Source: a bacterium
Lineage (GTDB): Bacteria > Zhuqueibacterota > Zhuqueibacteria > Oceanimicrobiales > Oceanimicrobiaceae
DNA: 18,443 nt
Assembly (NCBI GenBank): GCA_046757165.1
Contig: JBHHXT010000093.1
Location: 1 to 18,443, forward strand
Direction of reading: 5' to 3'
How positions within the stretch are numbered: the first letter of the stretch is position 1; every line of letters begins with the position of its first letter. This document shows positions 15,709 to 18,443 of the stretch, piece after piece. Below the pieces are notes generated by a model. That model was not told where the DNA came from. It saw only the letters and a list, made by a program, of their open reading frames with translations, and made no database searches. Both the position numbers and the translations under genes were made by a program.

Positions 15709-16348
15709 TATTTTTATAAATTATTTAAATCTCCAATGCCAGCTTCTAAAAGTAAAGTTGTAAAATCATCTCCATTAAACAGTGCAACATGATGCTCTTT
15801 CGCAAGATATTTGCATTGTTGAGAAAAATTATCTGCTGTAGATACGACCCAAGCAATTTTTGAATAACCCACGTCCATACTTTCTTTATTATTTTTATAT
15901 TCAATGATTTGTCTTGTAGCCCAGTCAGATGTTTCTCCGTCATGAAATTTAGCTTGAACATTCCATGTCTTCAAATTAGATATATCTACATTCCCAATAG
16001 GAACAGGTAAATCATCTATGATTTCGAACAATGAAAATTCACCCCAGCTTGGGACTAAAACTCGATCACCTTTTTTCATTTCTGCAATAAAACGCCATAA
16101 ATTATGTCGTGTTCTGGGTTTTGATTTCCAGCATTCTTGAATGGACTTCTCGAAGAACTCCCAACCTTCTTGTCTGGTTTTATTAATAAATTCTGTATTG
16201 CTGAAATCGGAAAACCCTATTGATAAATATTCTTGTTCTAATAAGGGATATGATGTTTCTGCATGATGTGATATTCGGTGTAGCCAATATTTCATTTTTT
16301 CTCCTCAGAAATCAATTAAGATAAGAGTAACTTTCTTTATAGCCTAAC
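15588..16348 (-). mobile_element. Solitary integron gene cassette
   Basis: Begins with core site G/TTAGGC (16348-16342), the exact complement of R'' GCCTAAC in its own attC. Contains one gene with an AGGAG RBS and is visibly much more AT-rich than the flanking genes. Confidence 0.82.
15714..16295 (-). pseudogene. Mrr-like restriction endonuclease with probable in-frame internal deletion
   Basis: An N-terminal EVE/PUA-like segment (YWLHRIS..RFIAEMKKGDRVLVP) joins directly at ..LKTWN|VQAKFH.. to the second half of an Mrr_cat domain (QxK, WVVST..F, LFNGDDF..LL). The first half of the catalytic domain is not visible. The frame remains open (193 aa). Confidence 0.65.
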
Positions 16349-16369
16349 ATATGAGTCTACAGATCAGCA

Positions 16370-16391
16370 GATCCTGACAATTTTCAGGATC
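16370..16391. repeat. 22-bp near-perfect palindrome just outside the cassette 5' boundary
   Basis: GATCCTGA-CAATTT-TCAGGATC, with one mismatched pair. Confidence 0.6.
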
Positions 16392-16515
16392 ATCGACCCC
16401 TTTGCTTTACTTACGTACTCTAACAGTATAGCATGAATTTTCCGGTGATATCAGTACAGTCAAATTCTGGATTTGTGACGGGGGAGCGAACGTTTCATTG
16501 ACATCACCAAAGTCA

Positions 16516-16543
16516 AGAATAGAAGAATAATAAAAAAAGTCAA
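16516..16543 (-). promoter_or_regulatory. Putative sigma70 promoter facing the cassette
   Basis: Minus strand TTGACT-N16-TATTCT, about 170 bp upstream of the cassette core site. Confidence 0.5.
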
Positions 16544-16742
16544 CTACAGAATGAGATGATCTTTTCCTTGCACTGTCATATATTTCAGCATTCAGCACGA
16601 CTAATGGATTAGAGGTCCAAACGGAATTCAGAATTTTGGCCGCTGGGTTCTTCTATCCGCGCTGGAAATCAATAGAAATTTGCTGTGATTGTAAAGATGA
16701 GCAGGGACGAACACTGTAAATGAATGGACACGCCAGGCAAGC

Positions 16743-17270
16743 ATGATCAACGCAGACCTCGAGATTCAATTGCAAAAGCACCACCAGGCTGCGTTTGGCT
16801 GGACACTCGGCTGCTGTGCACAAGACCCCGTGGAAGCCGAAGATGTCCTGCAAACGGTTTACCTCAAAATCTTGCAGGGTCGCGCCAGGTTTGACGGCAA
16901 GGCGGAATTCAAAACCTGGTTGTTTGCGGTGATTCGAAATACGGCCGCGGATGCAAAACGGCGCAACGTGCTCCATTTCTTCAAGCTGCGCAAATATAAG
17001 GAGCACCTCCTCGAAAGCGGGGGCTCGCAAAATCCGGATGAGAAAACCGGCCAGTCTGAAATCGAGACAGCCTTTCGGCAGATTCTCGAAAGGCTGCCGC
17101 CCCGGCAGCGCGAAGTGCTGCACCTGGTGTTCTACCATGAGCTGACGCTGCAGCAGGCCTCAGAGGTGATGGGCATCTCCATCGGCTCCGCGCGCACCCA
17201 CTATGACCGTGGCAAGAAGCGCGTTCGTGCTCTATTAGAAAAAAATGAGGTCGTCAATGAATCACGGTAA
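16743..17270 (+). CDS. ECF RNA polymerase sigma-70 factor
   Basis: Region 2 AEDVLQTVYLKI..FDGKAEFKTWLFAVIRN. Region 4 LPPRQREVLHLVFYHELTLQQASEVMGISIGSARTHYDRG. Confidence 0.93.
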   Translation: MINADLEIQLQKHHQAAFGWTLGCCAQDPVEAEDVLQTVYLKILQGRARFDGKAEFKTWLFAVIRNTAADAKRRNVLHFFKLRKYKEHLLESGGSQNPDEKTGQSEIETAFRQILERLPPRQREVLHLVFYHELTLQQASEVMGISIGSARTHYDRGKKRVRALLEKNEVVNESR

Positions 17271-17697
17271 AGATGACAAGAAAATAGCGCAGCTTTTCCG
17301 ACACCTGCGGCAACAGGATGAAGAGCGAACCCCCTCGTTTGCGCGCATGTGGGCAAACGCGGCCCGGTCACAAACCGAACCCCGCAGGCAGCCCTTGCCG
17401 GCGGTTCGCTTCGCCGTGGCTGTTGTCCTGCTGCTGGGTGTTGTTGGCTCGGCGTTCATCGTCTACCGCCAAAGCCGGGTGGATGATTTCCGGAGCGCGG
17501 CGTCGATCACACAATGGCGATCTCCGACGCGCAGCCTGCTCGAGTTCAGCCGGGAAAAACCGCCGCCGCGCAGCCAACGTTTGCTGGCGACCGGCAATCC
17601 AGGTGAGTTTACCCGGTCACTCTCCGAGTGGGAATCGCCGACCGCCTCGCTGGGATATGCAGGGAGGAGACGGTTTCAGAGGTATCGCAAGCATTGA
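17257..17697 (+). CDS. Putative single-pass membrane anti-sigma factor
   Basis: Overlaps the sigma stop codon. GAGG RBS before ATG 17257. TM segment FAVAVVLLLGVVGSAFIVY. Two W(R/E)SPTxSL motifs after the TM. Confidence 0.72.
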   Translation: MNHGKDDKKIAQLFRHLRQQDEERTPSFARMWANAARSQTEPRRQPLPAVRFAVAVVLLLGVVGSAFIVYRQSRVDDFRSAASITQWRSPTRSLLEFSREKPPPRSQRLLATGNPGEFTRSLSEWESPTASLGYAGRRRFQRYRKH

Positions 17698-17740
17698 TAA
17701 TAAGGGGCCTCAGAATATTACAAAAAAGTGCAAATAGATA

Positions 17741-17896
17741 GAACGCGGATGACACGGATTTACGGATCGGAACGGATTTGACTTGAGTAACGGAATGTGG
17801 CGAAGTCAGCGGAATGTGACTTGTGTGGGTCATGATTTTTTGGTTTTCCTCCAAGACCAAATCCGTGTAATCCGTCCTATCCGCTAAATCCGTGTT
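17741..17896. repeat. Inverted arrays of four CGGAT units around a non-coding spacer
   Basis: Left GAACG-CGGAT-GACA-CGGAT-TTA-CGGAT-CGGAA-CGGAT-TTG (17741-17780). Right CAA-ATCCG-TGTA-ATCCG-TCCT-ATCCG-CTAA-ATCCG-TGTTC (17858-17896). Confidence 0.85.
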
Positions 17897-17926
17897 CCAT
17901 TCATTATAAACAACTGGAGGTAAACG

Positions 17927-18364
17927 ATGAACCGAATAATCACGCTCTATCTGCTTCTCGCGCTCATGAGCGTCCCGCTGCAAGCGCAGGAAGAACCACT
18001 CGATCCGATTGATCAGTACACATTTGAACCGGAGCTGGTGATGCAAAATCAACGTGCGATCGCGCTCACGGAGCAGCAAAGGACATCCATCAAAAAGGAA
18101 ATCCAGGTGGCCCAGGCAAAATTCACTGAATTGGAGTGGGACCTGCAGAGTGAAATGGAGAGCTTCATTTCACTGCTGCGAAAAGAACGGGTTGACGAGC
18201 GGCGCGCACTCGATGTCCTGAAAAAAGTCCTGGCGCTTGAAAGCGAGATCAAGCAAACGCATCTGGTCCTGGCCATTCGCTTAAAAAACCTGCTGACGGC
18301 TGAGCAGCAGGAAAAACTGAGAAAACTTCGAAATCAAATGCACGAGGAACGGAATGATGAATAG
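17927..18364 (+). CDS. Periplasmic Spy/CpxP/ZraP-like (LTxxQ) helical protein
   Basis: GGAGG RBS, signal peptide ending LQA-Q, two LTxxQ motifs (LTEQQ, LLTAEQQEKL). Lies downstream of the ECF sigma/anti-sigma pair. Confidence 0.85.
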   Translation: MNRIITLYLLLALMSVPLQAQEEPLDPIDQYTFEPELVMQNQRAIALTEQQRTSIKKEIQVAQAKFTELEWDLQSEMESFISLLRKERVDERRALDVLKKVLALESEIKQTHLVLAIRLKNLLTAEQQEKLRKLRNQMHEERNDE

Positions 18365-18410
18365 ACTATGGATGATTCTACCCGTTGTTTTGTTAGCAGT
18401 AATAAAGTAA
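18354..18410 (+). pseudogene. Possible truncated fourth operon gene (signal peptide only)
   Basis: GAGGA RBS and an ATG overlapping the previous stop. Reads MMNRLWMILPVVLLAVIK*, and the sequence turns abruptly A-rich from about 18399. Confidence 0.4.
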
Positions 18411-18443
18411 AGCACTCATAATAAAGAATAAGTGGGTAAACTG

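Noticed and set aside
16349..16742. Integron integrase remnant; 63-aa ORF at 16407-16598
   Set aside because: No tyrosine-recombinase motifs were recognised, and the short ORF has no features supporting a real gene.
17741..17896. CRISPR array
   Set aside because: Units are 5-bp cores with 3-5 nt linkers in inverted arrays. There are no 23-50 bp repeats with unique spacers and no cas genes.
17609..18079. 156-aa minus-strand ORF with TD-rich repeats
   Set aside because: It is the translation of the CGGAT arrays plus antisense of real genes.

Overview
Mosaic accessory region of a diderm bacterium. Two proteins end in the NYPNPFNP/FlgD-Ig sorting module, which suggests an FCB-superphylum lineage such as KSB1 or Calditrichota (inference). 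Intact genes: an M28 metallopeptidase; an Ig-repeat/FGE-sulfatase-fold lipoprotein and a second lipoprotein; a secreted five-bladed beta-propeller protein divergent from a membrane-anchored wHTH-TPR (CadC/ToxR-like) regulator, with an 11-bp-phased repeat array between them; a large secreted TIM-barrel glycosidase-like protein; a coupled pair encoding a POTRA-less Omp85 barrel and a lipoprotein with an apparently intact atypical kinase fold; and an ECF sigma / anti-sigma-like / Spy-CpxP-like operon. Mobile and decayed DNA that the ORF track does not show: a lone AT-rich integron cassette (attC present, no integrase in the window) carrying an Mrr-like nuclease that appears internally deleted; three abutting toxin-antitoxin remnants (DUF4160, BrnT, CopG/BrnA-like); an IS1380-type MITE with a nested REP doublet; a second REP doublet; and an empty inverted CGGAT-array element. 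The best candidate for an undescribed system is the Omp85 plus exported-kinase lipoprotein pair. All family assignments come from motif recognition by eye, with no database searches.
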